DNA of 64,000 nucleotides from an uncultured Candidatus Saccharibacteria bacterium (GTDB lineage Bacteria; Patescibacteriota; Saccharimonadia; Saccharimonadales; 2-12-FULL-41-12): NCBI GenBank assembly GCA_964404795.1, contig CAYOLI010000001.1, positions 17,059 to 81,058 of the forward strand, read 5' to 3'. Shown piece by piece: positions 44,703 to 53,990 of this stretch (position 1 is its first letter; each line of letters starts with the position of its first letter). The notes under the pieces were generated by a model. It saw only the letters and a program-made list of their open reading frames with translations, ran no database searches and was not told where the DNA came from. The position numbers and the translations under genes were made by a program.

Positions 44703-45530
44703 TCAAGTAGTTGCCAGTTGATCTTCGGCCTTCTGAAGAAAATAATCCATGTAGCGCAGTCGAATAAATTTTTTCGCTATCCAACGGGGCGTTGCCGGTT
44801 TAGGTTTTGTAAAGAAACCCTGTCTTTTTAACAGTTGATGTTCGTCATTAAGCCCAAGGTAGTCAACCGACAGATCAATTGCGCCAGACAATAATATACG
44901 CGCTATTTCGTGTTTCCTTACTCTTGTAGTCCGACGATCCAAAAACTCTTCAATCTCCGAACTACTAACCACCTCTTTCATATCCTGCGAGGCCACAAAG
45001 TCCGCGAAAAATCGCGATATTGGTTTACTATTTGCTATAGAAATCCTATTTGCTAGTTGGTTATGTTGCTTTTGGCTCAAATCTATTATCTTAAAATCTC
45101 CCCTTTTGATATCTATGGCTTGCCTTGGCACAACACCAGCCACAGACAAAACTACCTTGCGAAAAATATCCTCTTTGTTGTTTGGTACATCGGGGCCTTT
45201 AAAAACATTATGGTAACCAAGATGATGCAATCCCCAGCTAACCTGTTGTACGCGACAATTGCGTAGCGCCTCTCCCTGGGAACCCATACTTTTCAGCTCC
45301 CTGGCGGGATGCCAATGGTGATGTAAGTCGGTTGGCCTTTGCAATAAGCGCTCTGCACTAGAAATCAGAAGAGCCCCGTTTTCACGGGGCTCGGCAGGAA
45401 ACAGCGGTAACGGAAGATCCGTCACCTCGCAAGCTGGAGTGATAATCTCCTTTGCCAATTCTGCTTCCCTTTCCTTTTTGTGGGTGTTTGTTCCGTTTCT
45501 ACTATACAAATATAGTAAAGAGGTTGTCAA
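44703..45530 (-). CDS. hypothetical protein, His-rich N-terminal half, compositionally atypical
   Basis: 275-aa ORF; local GC visibly higher than neighbours; 8-bp GC hairpin (45371-45392) inside the 5' part; no confident family assignment. Confidence 0.3.
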   Translation of the reverse strand: MTTSLLYLYSRNGTNTHKKEREAELAKEIITPACEVTDLPLPLFPAEPRENGALLISSAERLLQRPTDLHHHWHPARELKSMGSQGEALRNCRVQQVSWGLHHLGYHNVFKGPDVPNNKEDIFRKVVLSVAGVVPRQAIDIKRGDFKIIDLSQKQHNQLANRISIANSKPISRFFADFVASQDMKEVVSSSEIEEFLDRRTTRVRKHEIARILLSGAIDLSVDYLGLNDEHQLLKRQGFFTKPKPATPRWIAKKFIRLRYMDYFLQKAEDQLATT

Positions 45531-45533
45531 TGC

Positions 45534-47723
45534 TTACGCTTCAGTTTCGTCGTCTGGTATCTCGTCATAAATATCATCTTCAGCATCACCGCCAAAGACA
45601 TCACTCATACTGCTAATTAACACCTCTCTGGGTCTCGACCCATCGGCTGGTCCGACTATGCCTTTTTCTTCCATGGTCTCTATTAAGCGAGATGCACGCG
45701 AATAACCTACCCTAAGCCGACGTTGCAACAAACTGGTACTGGCCTTTCCTCCGTCAATTACTACCTGAACAGCGTCTCGCCACAAATCGTCCTCTAGGTC
45801 TTGGTTGGTATTTTCGACAATTAGACCGCCTCGACCATTGAGTTGAACTGGCTGATTAATAATTTCATCGTCGTATTGTGGTGCTCTTTGATCACGAATA
45901 AAATTAATTACCTTCGAGGCATCATCATCCGAAATAAATGCGGCCTGCACCCGGTGTGGCTGATGCATACCAGGGATAAGTAGCAACATATCACCACGCC
46001 CTAGCAACTTTTCGGCACCCATTTGGTTAATGATAGTTCTTGAGTCAACTTGGCTTTGGGTCATAAAAGCAATTCTGCCTGGCACGTTCGCCTTAATTAG
46101 CCCCGTAATAACGTCGACACTAGGTCTTTGAGTGGCAAGCACCAGATGTATTCCTGCAGCTCGACTCTTTTGAGCTAGGCGTACAATTAGCCCCTCTACA
46201 TCACGAGCAGCCATCATCATAAGCTCTGCTAGCTCATCGATTACTATCACGATGTAGGGCATACTCTCTTCACCTGAAAGTTTATTGAACTCACCAATAT
46301 TTCGTTTGCCATGTTCAGCCATCGTTTTTAATCGACGTTGCATCTCCGCAATTGCCCATTTTAGAGCACTTATACACTTTTCTGGCTCATGCACAACAGG
46401 TGCGAGTAAGTGCGGAATACCATCGTATGGTGTTAGCTCAACTTGTTTTGGATCAATCAAAATTAGCTTTAAATCAGATGGACTATTTTTATACAACAAG
46501 CTTGTTAAAATACTGTTTATCATTACCGATTTACCAGATCCAGTTTGACCGGCAACCAACAAATGAGGTAACGAGGCAAGATCCGACATAATGGGCGCAC
46601 CGGTGATGTCTTTGCCAATTACAAATTCCAGTGGATTTTTTGAGGATTGCCACTGCTTAGACGACAAAATACTACCAATATTGACGGTGGCCGGCTTTTT
46701 ATTGGGTACCTCGATACCAACTAATCGTTTTCCTGGAATTGGCGCCTCAATTCTGATGGCTTCGGCTGCAAGATCTAGTGCAAGATTATTTTCAAGGGCA
46801 GTGATTTTGGTCAACTTTACACCTGTTGGTGGCTTTAAGGTGTATTGAGTAATTCTTGGCCCAACATTCGCTCCGTCCATATCAACCCCTATATTGAAAT
46901 TACCAAAGGTGTCTTTGATAATTTTGGCATTGTTTTCGATATCTCCTGGATCTGCTTTATCTTGTTCCTTATTTAGCAAATCCACCGAGGGAAAGCGCCA
47001 ATCTGGATCGCTAGCAGTAGTCAGCGCTTCATGATTTTCGATTGGAGTCAGTTTTTGAGCTGTGTTTTTTAGAGTACTCGATCTTGAGGAATCTATTGCA
47101 GTACTTCGCTCAATTGGGACACCTTTATTTAATGTAAATTGACCCTCAGAGCGTAAACTCATCAAATCTTGATCTCCGTCTTTACTTGGTTTTTTCTTTA
47201 ATAAGCGGAGCGGTTTTAGTAGGGCCTTAGGAGAAATCCTAAGTGCAAAAAATAACGCCAAAAGAGCAATGATGAAAAAAAATAAACTCGCGGGCAGTTT
47301 ATTGAGTGCGAGTAGTGACGCATCCCCCACCCAACGCCCAATTACCCCCCCATGACCTCCAACATTTTCTGCTTTTCCTACACTCACAAACAAGGTATGA
47401 AACAGCGTAGATGATGCAACCATGAAAAGCGATGCACTAACAAACCGATCGAGTGGTATTTGCTTGTCATCGTTAACAAATTTGAGTCCTCCTAAAAATG
47501 CCAATGTAAAAGGCAAAAAATATGCAGACCAACCAAAAATACTATACCCCCAAGCGAAAAGCTTGACTGGCAAGGCACCACCGGCACCAAACCCACCGAG
47601 CAACAAAAATACACTTAATATTAAAAGTAACACCGCACCGGTTAGCGGCCAAAATGCAGATGTTGCCTCTTCGCCTTTTTTTGTAGTCGTTTTTTTTGCT
47701 TTAGATTTTTTCTTTTTTGCCAT
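45534..47723 (-). CDS. ftsK: DNA translocase FtsK
   Basis: N-terminal TM helices, Walker A GQTGSGKS, RecA-like motor and C-terminal gamma (wHTH) domain; 729 aa. Confidence 0.9.
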   Translation of the reverse strand: MAKKKKSKAKKTTTKKGEEATSAFWPLTGAVLLLILSVFLLLGGFGAGGALPVKLFAWGYSIFGWSAYFLPFTLAFLGGLKFVNDDKQIPLDRFVSASLFMVASSTLFHTLFVSVGKAENVGGHGGVIGRWVGDASLLALNKLPASLFFFIIALLALFFALRISPKALLKPLRLLKKKPSKDGDQDLMSLRSEGQFTLNKGVPIERSTAIDSSRSSTLKNTAQKLTPIENHEALTTASDPDWRFPSVDLLNKEQDKADPGDIENNAKIIKDTFGNFNIGVDMDGANVGPRITQYTLKPPTGVKLTKITALENNLALDLAAEAIRIEAPIPGKRLVGIEVPNKKPATVNIGSILSSKQWQSSKNPLEFVIGKDITGAPIMSDLASLPHLLVAGQTGSGKSVMINSILTSLLYKNSPSDLKLILIDPKQVELTPYDGIPHLLAPVVHEPEKCISALKWAIAEMQRRLKTMAEHGKRNIGEFNKLSGEESMPYIVIVIDELAELMMMAARDVEGLIVRLAQKSRAAGIHLVLATQRPSVDVITGLIKANVPGRIAFMTQSQVDSRTIINQMGAEKLLGRGDMLLLIPGMHQPHRVQAAFISDDDASKVINFIRDQRAPQYDDEIINQPVQLNGRGGLIVENTNQDLEDDLWRDAVQVVIDGGKASTSLLQRRLRVGYSRASRLIETMEEKGIVGPADGSRPREVLISSMSDVFGGDAEDDIYDEIPDDETEA

Positions 47724-47842
47724 CGGCTTACTATTCTTCGCTAACTTAGTATATCACTGGTACGGTTTAAACTAATTAATAACTATAGCAAAATTTACAT
47801 CATTTGTCAATTGCATCTAACACTTGGTCTATTCACCTAACA

Positions 47843-49867
47843 CTAGTCAACGCGAGCATCTTGATTAAGCAGTTTGTTCCTCATTTCGGCAAATCTTTTT
47901 TGCATTTGCTCTGCTTGTTGTTGTGGGCTTGCCTGAGCGCTCTTGTCGGACTGCGAGCTTTTGTTTGCGCCACCAACCACATTGACAACAGGAATAACAA
48001 TTGGGCTTCTACCTGTTTGATCATACAGAAAATGGGTAACATGTTCTTTGAGCTCAATTTTGAACCTATCTAAGTCTATTCTTTTAAATCGTTGGGCTAC
48101 CGCTCGCTTTAGCTCAATTCTAAAGTTATTCATTAACTCTTCTTGATCTTTCATATATATGAATCCCCTGCTAACAATATCCGGACTAGTTAGTAGCTGA
48201 CCTGATTTTTTATCGATGGTTAAAATGACTGCTACCAGACCCTCGTTGGCAAGCATCAAACGATCTTTGATGACAATATTGCTAACAATCGAACCTACCT
48301 GATCGACTAAAACAGTTCCGTAAGGTACAACCCCAATTTTCTCCATTGAATTTTGAGTAAATGCAATCACCTCACCGTTCTCTATATTGAGTGTATTTTT
48401 CCTCGGTATACCCTCTTCTATAGCAATTTCAAGGTGTCTTTGCTTAGAGCGATAACTGCCGTAAATAGGAACAAAGAACTTTGGCTTTACCATATTTATC
48501 ATATCTTTATATTCATCAATGCTGGCGTGTCCTGAAACATGAAGTGGGCCACAGCCATCTATGCCGTGTGTCTCGTGCCTGAAAACGTGAACATTTTTGC
48601 GCATTAAATCGTCCACCATTTTTCCAATATGTGCGTCGTTTCCTGACTCTGGAATAGGAGTCGAGCTAAGAATTACTGTATCCTGGGCTTTTAATTTAAT
48701 GTGTTTGTGGTCACCGCTAGACATCCTTTGTAGAGCCGAACTCGGCTCGCCTTGGCCACCGGTGCAAACCACAATAACATCTGTATCTTTTAAGTTAGGT
48801 ACACTGGCAATTGGTACAAATGTACCTTTTGGCACCTTAACAAACCCATGCCTAATAGCCATCTCGAGCGTACTTACCATGCTTCGTCCATCGAGAGCTA
48901 TCTTTTTACCATGATGGACCGCTGCATTAATGATCATTTGAATACGATTAATGTTCGTACTAAAAATAGCTACAAAAATACGGCCTGGGGCTTGGTCCAT
49001 AATATCGATAAAACTCTTTTCGATTGTACTTTCTGATGGTGTTCTACCAGCACGCTCTGTAGTAGTGCTTTCACTCAACAAAGCAAGTACACCTTCTTTG
49101 CCCAACTCTTCGAGCCGAGCAATGTCCGTTCGTTCGTGATCAAGCGGATTGGGGTCTAATCTAAAATCACCAGTGTTAATGATGCGACCGACTGGCGTAT
49201 CTAGCACTACACACGTACTTCCTGGAATAGAGTGAGTGACACGAACAAGCTCTACGAAAAATTCACCAATTTTTAATCGCTCATGGGTGTCTTCATTCAT
49301 CGTTACTGTATTCAGCTCAAATCCTTCGGGCATTGGCAGGCCAAAATTCTCGAAAATTTCTTCCACTCTACCGATAGTAAACTTACTGCCGTAAATTGGT
49401 GCAGGAAAGTTTGGTACCAAGTGAGGCAATCCACCCATGTGGTCTAAATGTCCATGAGTAATAATGTATGCCTTTAGTTTGTGCTTGACGCTCTCAAGAT
49501 ATGCCATGTCCGAGATTGCATAGTTAATACCCGGCAGATCCACACCTAAATCGGTACCGTAATCGATTATTACTACATCGTTTTTATATTCGACTAAAAT
49601 AGTATTTTTTGAGCCGCCATGGTCCATGCCTCCCAGCCCAATTATTTTTAGACGTGGACTATCGTCTATAAAATTTGCTCTTTGTTTATTCTGGGCTTGA
49701 CCCACAGAACCATTATTATTTGAGCCCACATAGCGATTGGCAATTCTATTCGCATCTTCGACATTACGCTTTTGAGCTCTCAAAGCAGCTCCTCGGCTTA
49801 CCGAACGCTTGCCTGATTGCTGTTTGTTATTTGGTCGGTTATTACGACCGTTAGAATTATTATTCAT
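47843..49867 (-). CDS. rnj: ribonuclease J (MBL/beta-CASP) with N/R/Q-rich N-terminal and basic C-terminal extensions
   Basis: HGHLDH motif (YIITHGHLDHMGGLPHL), beta-CASP motifs; about 85-aa low-complexity N-terminus. Confidence 0.9.
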   Translation of the reverse strand: MNNNSNGRNNRPNNKQQSGKRSVSRGAALRAQKRNVEDANRIANRYVGSNNNGSVGQAQNKQRANFIDDSPRLKIIGLGGMDHGGSKNTILVEYKNDVVIIDYGTDLGVDLPGINYAISDMAYLESVKHKLKAYIITHGHLDHMGGLPHLVPNFPAPIYGSKFTIGRVEEIFENFGLPMPEGFELNTVTMNEDTHERLKIGEFFVELVRVTHSIPGSTCVVLDTPVGRIINTGDFRLDPNPLDHERTDIARLEELGKEGVLALLSESTTTERAGRTPSESTIEKSFIDIMDQAPGRIFVAIFSTNINRIQMIINAAVHHGKKIALDGRSMVSTLEMAIRHGFVKVPKGTFVPIASVPNLKDTDVIVVCTGGQGEPSSALQRMSSGDHKHIKLKAQDTVILSSTPIPESGNDAHIGKMVDDLMRKNVHVFRHETHGIDGCGPLHVSGHASIDEYKDMINMVKPKFFVPIYGSYRSKQRHLEIAIEEGIPRKNTLNIENGEVIAFTQNSMEKIGVVPYGTVLVDQVGSIVSNIVIKDRLMLANEGLVAVILTIDKKSGQLLTSPDIVSRGFIYMKDQEELMNNFRIELKRAVAQRFKRIDLDRFKIELKEHVTHFLYDQTGRSPIVIPVVNVVGGANKSSQSDKSAQASPQQQAEQMQKRFAEMRNKLLNQDARVD

Positions 49868-49881
49868 TAATTTTGTATCCT

Positions 49882-50478
49882 TTATTTAGATTCGTTAATT
49901 TTGTTCAAAACTACTGGGATGACTTGAAAGTCCTCCATCAATGTAGATCTTAAAGATCCGTTATACAGTGCTGCTGCTGGATGATATAGTGGCAAAATAA
50001 CTATCTTGCTCTTGCCAACAACAACTCTTTTTGGTTGAGCATGCACTTCGGTAATCGTTCTGCCTGGTAAAAAATATTCCATACTATGACGGCCCAGAGT
50101 TACAACTATTTTAGGATTAATAATCTCTAGTTGACGGATTAAATACGGCCAAAAGGCCTGTTTTTCGACGGGTAGTGGGTCACGGTTGCCAGGAGGACGA
50201 TACTTTACAATATTTGTAATGTAAACATCTGCTCGATCTAAGCTAACCGACGCTAATAGTTCGTCTAAAAATTTACCAGCTGCTCCTACAAAAGGAAGGC
50301 CTCGTAAGTCCTCATTTTTACCGGGTGCTTCACCAACAAAAACTAATTCTGCATTTACGTTTCCGTCGCCCATGACAAGGTTCGTGGCTGTTTGAGCCAA
50401 ATCTGGACAGACATTTTTATTTAAAATATCTGCCTTGACCTGTTCAATCAACGCCTGACGATTATTATTTGTTTTCAC
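49882..50478 (-). CDS. uracil-DNA glycosylase, family 4
   Basis: GEAPGKNED...GLPFVGAAGK motif A and HPAA-type motif B (LYHPAAAL). Confidence 0.8.
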   Translation of the reverse strand: MKTNNNRQALIEQVKADILNKNVCPDLAQTATNLVMGDGNVNAELVFVGEAPGKNEDLRGLPFVGAAGKFLDELLASVSLDRADVYITNIVKYRPPGNRDPLPVEKQAFWPYLIRQLEIINPKIVVTLGRHSMEYFLPGRTITEVHAQPKRVVVGKSKIVILPLYHPAAALYNGSLRSTLMEDFQVIPVVLNKINESK

Positions 50479-50680
50479 TTCCCTTCAGGTTTCTCACAAA
50501 TATTACAAAATTATTAATCAGCACAAAAATTAGAATGATACCAAATAGATAGCTGGCTATGTTAGCAGTATCTATTGCTACACTGAGCAAAAAATAAGCA
50601 AGTATTGCTTCAAGAACGCTAAATATCATCAAGCCCTTACTAGAGATATAAAATTGACGTATCTTTGTGACCTCGCTCAT
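50465..50680 (-). CDS. small two-helix membrane protein
   Basis: 71 aa, hydrophobic; overlaps both neighbours. Confidence 0.25.
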   Translation of the reverse strand: MSEVTKIRQFYISSKGLMIFSVLEAILAYFLLSVAIDTANIASYLFGIILIFVLINNFVIFVRNLKGSENK

Positions 50681-52806
50681 TGTTTATCCTTCACCACTGC
50701 TTTCATGCTTAGTTGCAACCTACCTCTATCATCAATAGATACCAGTTTTACATCTACTTTATCACCTTCTTTGACGACATTGTTAGGACTACTTACTCTT
50801 TCTTCTCTCATTTCGCTAACATGAACTAGGCCCTCTTTGCCAGGTAGAATCTCTACAAAAGCACCAAAGTCGAGCACACTGACAACTCGACACCCTCGAT
50901 AAATCTGACCAACTTCTGGTTCGGCGGTAATATTTCGCACCCAAGTGATGGCGGCATCTATACTAGCTTTATCAGGGCTGGCTATCAAGACACTGCCGTC
51001 ATCTTTGATGTCAATCTCCGCCTTGGTCTCTGCGATAATTTTGTTAATCATCTCTCCACCCTTACCAATAACTTCTCGAATCTTTTCAGGAGCTATCTTA
51101 ATAATTTCAACCTGAGGAGCGTGCTGACTCAAATCCGCCCGTGGCCTACCAAGCGTACCCAGCATATGATCCAAAATGGCCATTCTACCATCTTTGGCTT
51201 GCACTAGAGCTTGTTGCAATATAGAGGGACTTAGTCCATGTACTTTCATATCCATCTGTAGAGCCGTTATGCCCTTTTTTGTACCTGTAACTTTAAAGTC
51301 CATATCCCCAGCAAAATCTTCTGCATCGGCAATATCGCTTAAAATATACGGTTTGTTGTCGTCCCCAAGCATTAGGCCCATCGCAATTCCACTAACGGGC
51401 GCTTTAAGCGGTACTCCAGCATCCATTAGGGCCAAGCAACTCGCACAAGTAGCCGCCATGCTGGTTGATCCATTTTGGCTCATTATCTCTGTTACAGATC
51501 GAATTGTATAGGGGAAATCAGCTTCAGTAGGCAACACAGGTAAAATGGCTCTCTCGGCAAGAGCACTGTGACCAATTTCACGTCTACCAGGGCTTCCTAG
51601 CCGTCGAACTTCACCAACGGTATACCCAGGAGCATTATAATGATGAAAGTATCGCTTTTCTTCATCCTTTTCCATTGTGTCAACCACTTGGGAATAACTG
51701 AGTGGCGCTAGTGTCACAATATTCATGGCTTGAGTCATACCTCTGGTGAATAAGCTCGAGCCATGTGTTCTTGGCAATATTCCAACCTCACTAGACAATG
51801 GACGTATCTCGTTTAACTGCCTACCATCAGGGCGAACCCCCTTAGCTAATATTCCTGCCCTAACGTCTTTATGCAATGCACTTGTGAAGGCCTCGTCGTA
51901 AGCACCTTTATGATCTTGATAATCGTCAGCGTACTTGTCTGCAAAATATTTATGAAAGGACTCTCTTAAATCGCTAACCAGTTCATTTCTCTCTGGGTAA
52001 GCGGCCCTTAGCGACTCTCCTAACTTGCCGTCGACCCATTCGTCTACTTCTTTTTGAACAAAATCGTCGGGCAAATCGAGTTGATAATCTTGCTTGGTAA
52101 CCCCGACTTTTTCAACTAACTCTTTCTGCAAGTCAATTGCTGGCTGGATAACTTGGTGTGCGTAATTAAGCGCTTCTGCAATCTCTTCTTCGGTTGCTTC
52201 ATTAGCACCAGCTTCGACCATCATGATGGCATCTTTTGTCCCAGCTACAACCAGATCAAGCTTACCTTGATTCAACTGTTCTGCCGAGGCAAATGGAATC
52301 AGTTTTCCGTCGACATGCGCCAACCTAACTCCAGCAACAGGACCATCAAACGGTGCTCCGCTTAGCATAAATGCTGCACTGACAGCAATCATCGCAACCA
52401 TATCTGGCCTAAATGACGGGTCCATACTCAGAACTGTGGCCACTCCTTGCACTTCATGACGATAGCCCTTTGGCCAAAGCGGTCTGATTGGTCGATCAAT
52501 CAACCGACCGATTAATATAGCGTCCTCGCTAGGACGCCCCTCACGCTTGATAAATCGGCTACCACTAATTTTACCCGCTGCATACATTCTTTCTTCGTAA
52601 TCGATGGAAAGTGGAAAATAGTCAAAACCATTTAACTGCTCTTTGCTAACCATGGCACTTGCCAAAACTACGGTTTCTCCATATCTAGCAATTACGCTTG
52701 CGGTGGTACGAAAGCCAACCCTGCCTACTTCTAAAGTTAGCTCCTTACCACAGAAATCAGTTGTGACAGAGATAATATCCTTCCCAAATGGGTTAATTGT
52801 TGACAT
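50677..52806 (-). CDS. pnp: polyribonucleotide nucleotidyltransferase
   Basis: Two RNase PH domains, KH and C-terminal S1 domain; 709 aa. Confidence 0.95.
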   Translation of the reverse strand: MSTINPFGKDIISVTTDFCGKELTLEVGRVGFRTTASVIARYGETVVLASAMVSKEQLNGFDYFPLSIDYEERMYAAGKISGSRFIKREGRPSEDAILIGRLIDRPIRPLWPKGYRHEVQGVATVLSMDPSFRPDMVAMIAVSAAFMLSGAPFDGPVAGVRLAHVDGKLIPFASAEQLNQGKLDLVVAGTKDAIMMVEAGANEATEEEIAEALNYAHQVIQPAIDLQKELVEKVGVTKQDYQLDLPDDFVQKEVDEWVDGKLGESLRAAYPERNELVSDLRESFHKYFADKYADDYQDHKGAYDEAFTSALHKDVRAGILAKGVRPDGRQLNEIRPLSSEVGILPRTHGSSLFTRGMTQAMNIVTLAPLSYSQVVDTMEKDEEKRYFHHYNAPGYTVGEVRRLGSPGRREIGHSALAERAILPVLPTEADFPYTIRSVTEIMSQNGSTSMAATCASCLALMDAGVPLKAPVSGIAMGLMLGDDNKPYILSDIADAEDFAGDMDFKVTGTKKGITALQMDMKVHGLSPSILQQALVQAKDGRMAILDHMLGTLGRPRADLSQHAPQVEIIKIAPEKIREVIGKGGEMINKIIAETKAEIDIKDDGSVLIASPDKASIDAAITWVRNITAEPEVGQIYRGCRVVSVLDFGAFVEILPGKEGLVHVSEMREERVSSPNNVVKEGDKVDVKLVSIDDRGRLQLSMKAVVKDKQ

Positions 52807-52965
52807 AAATAAGCTTTCCTTTCTCTCGTCGCATGGTTCAGATATACAAATCTTGTATAGCTGCTTCTATACGACGACTAAACAATTTACTAATAAGGGT
52901 AATTATTGATTAACTTCCCAGCCATGGCCCGCTTATTTCTTAGCGAGCAAAAACCAGAGCGTCAA

Positions 52966-53244
52966 TTAACGACGAATTCCTAGTTTATTAATTAGTGCCA
53001 AGTACGCCTGACTATCTTTTTCGGCTACATATTTTAACAGTTTCTTTCTTTGGCCCACCATCTGAAGCAAACCCCGACGAGCAGCAAAATCTTTTTTGTT
53101 ACTCTTTAGGTGCTCTGTAATTTCGGCAATCCTGGCAGTCAATATAGCCACTTGGACCTCTGGAGAGCCAGTGTCCTTTTTACTTCTAGCATTATCTGAA
53201 ATAATTTTTTGCTTCTTATCAGTAGATATCATGTCGATTACCAA
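52966..53244 (-). CDS. rpsO: 30S ribosomal protein S15
   Basis: ...[32 protein letters not shown]. Confidence 0.9.
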   Translation of the reverse strand: MVIDMISTDKKQKIISDNARSKKDTGSPEVQVAILTARIAEITEHLKSNKKDFAARRGLLQMVGQRKKLLKYVAEKDSQAYLALINKLGIRR

Positions 53245-53260
53245 CTACTTTAGCATACTT

Positions 53261-53947
53261 TCATCTGTTAATCAAATATTTGCTCAGCTCTTCTTCATTT
53301 GGATGTCGTGCTTGTTCAATCGTGTACACACCGACTTTAGTTCGCTTAAGTTCGGTCAAATAGGCCCCAGTGCCCAGCTTTTTACCGATATCTTCTGCGA
53401 GGGATCTAATATAAGTACCACTACTAACAGAAGTTGAAAACTCTACGTATGGGTATGTATAGCTAGAAACTATTAAGCTATAAATATGAATTTTTCGGGG
53501 TTCAATCTCTACTTTTTTTCCTTGCCTTGCTAGATTATATGCCCTCTCACCGTTTATTTTGATGGCGGAGTAAGCTGGAGGAGTTTGTGTAATAATCCCA
53601 ATAAATGTGTTGCAAACTGCTTGTAACTCATCTAGCTTCGGCTTCTTGCTTGAAACATATAGCTTCTCGCCCTCTTTGTCGCCTGTTGAGCTATTTTGTC
53701 CGAGCTTCATTACTGCTTGATAAGTTTTGCTGAGTGTACTAAACTCGCCAGCCCGCTTGCAATATGAACCAACAACTACAATCATCAGCCCACTGGCCAA
53801 AGGATCAAGAGTACCAGTATGACCCACCTTAACTCTTTCACCTACCTCTTTTTTTAAAGTACCACGTACTTTTGCCACCACATCAAAAGATGTCCATCCA
53901 ACTGGCTTATCTATTAACAAGAGTCCACTGTAATCCATAACTATCAA
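53261..53947 (-). CDS. truB: tRNA pseudouridine(55) synthase
   Basis: LIDKPVGWTSFDVV...GHTGTLDPLASG catalytic Asp motif. Confidence 0.9.
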   Translation of the reverse strand: MIVMDYSGLLLIDKPVGWTSFDVVAKVRGTLKKEVGERVKVGHTGTLDPLASGLMIVVVGSYCKRAGEFSTLSKTYQAVMKLGQNSSTGDKEGEKLYVSSKKPKLDELQAVCNTFIGIITQTPPAYSAIKINGERAYNLARQGKKVEIEPRKIHIYSLIVSSYTYPYVEFSTSVSSGTYIRSLAEDIGKKLGTGAYLTELKRTKVGVYTIEQARHPNEEELSKYLINR

Positions 53948-53990
53948 TGTATTTTATATCAAGATACCTGATGGACGGCTCAAGTTATAC

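Noticed and set aside
46285-46848. Several 80-90-aa antisense ORFs within ftsK
   Set aside because: The ftsK frame is unambiguous (Walker motifs). The antisense ORFs lack any signature.
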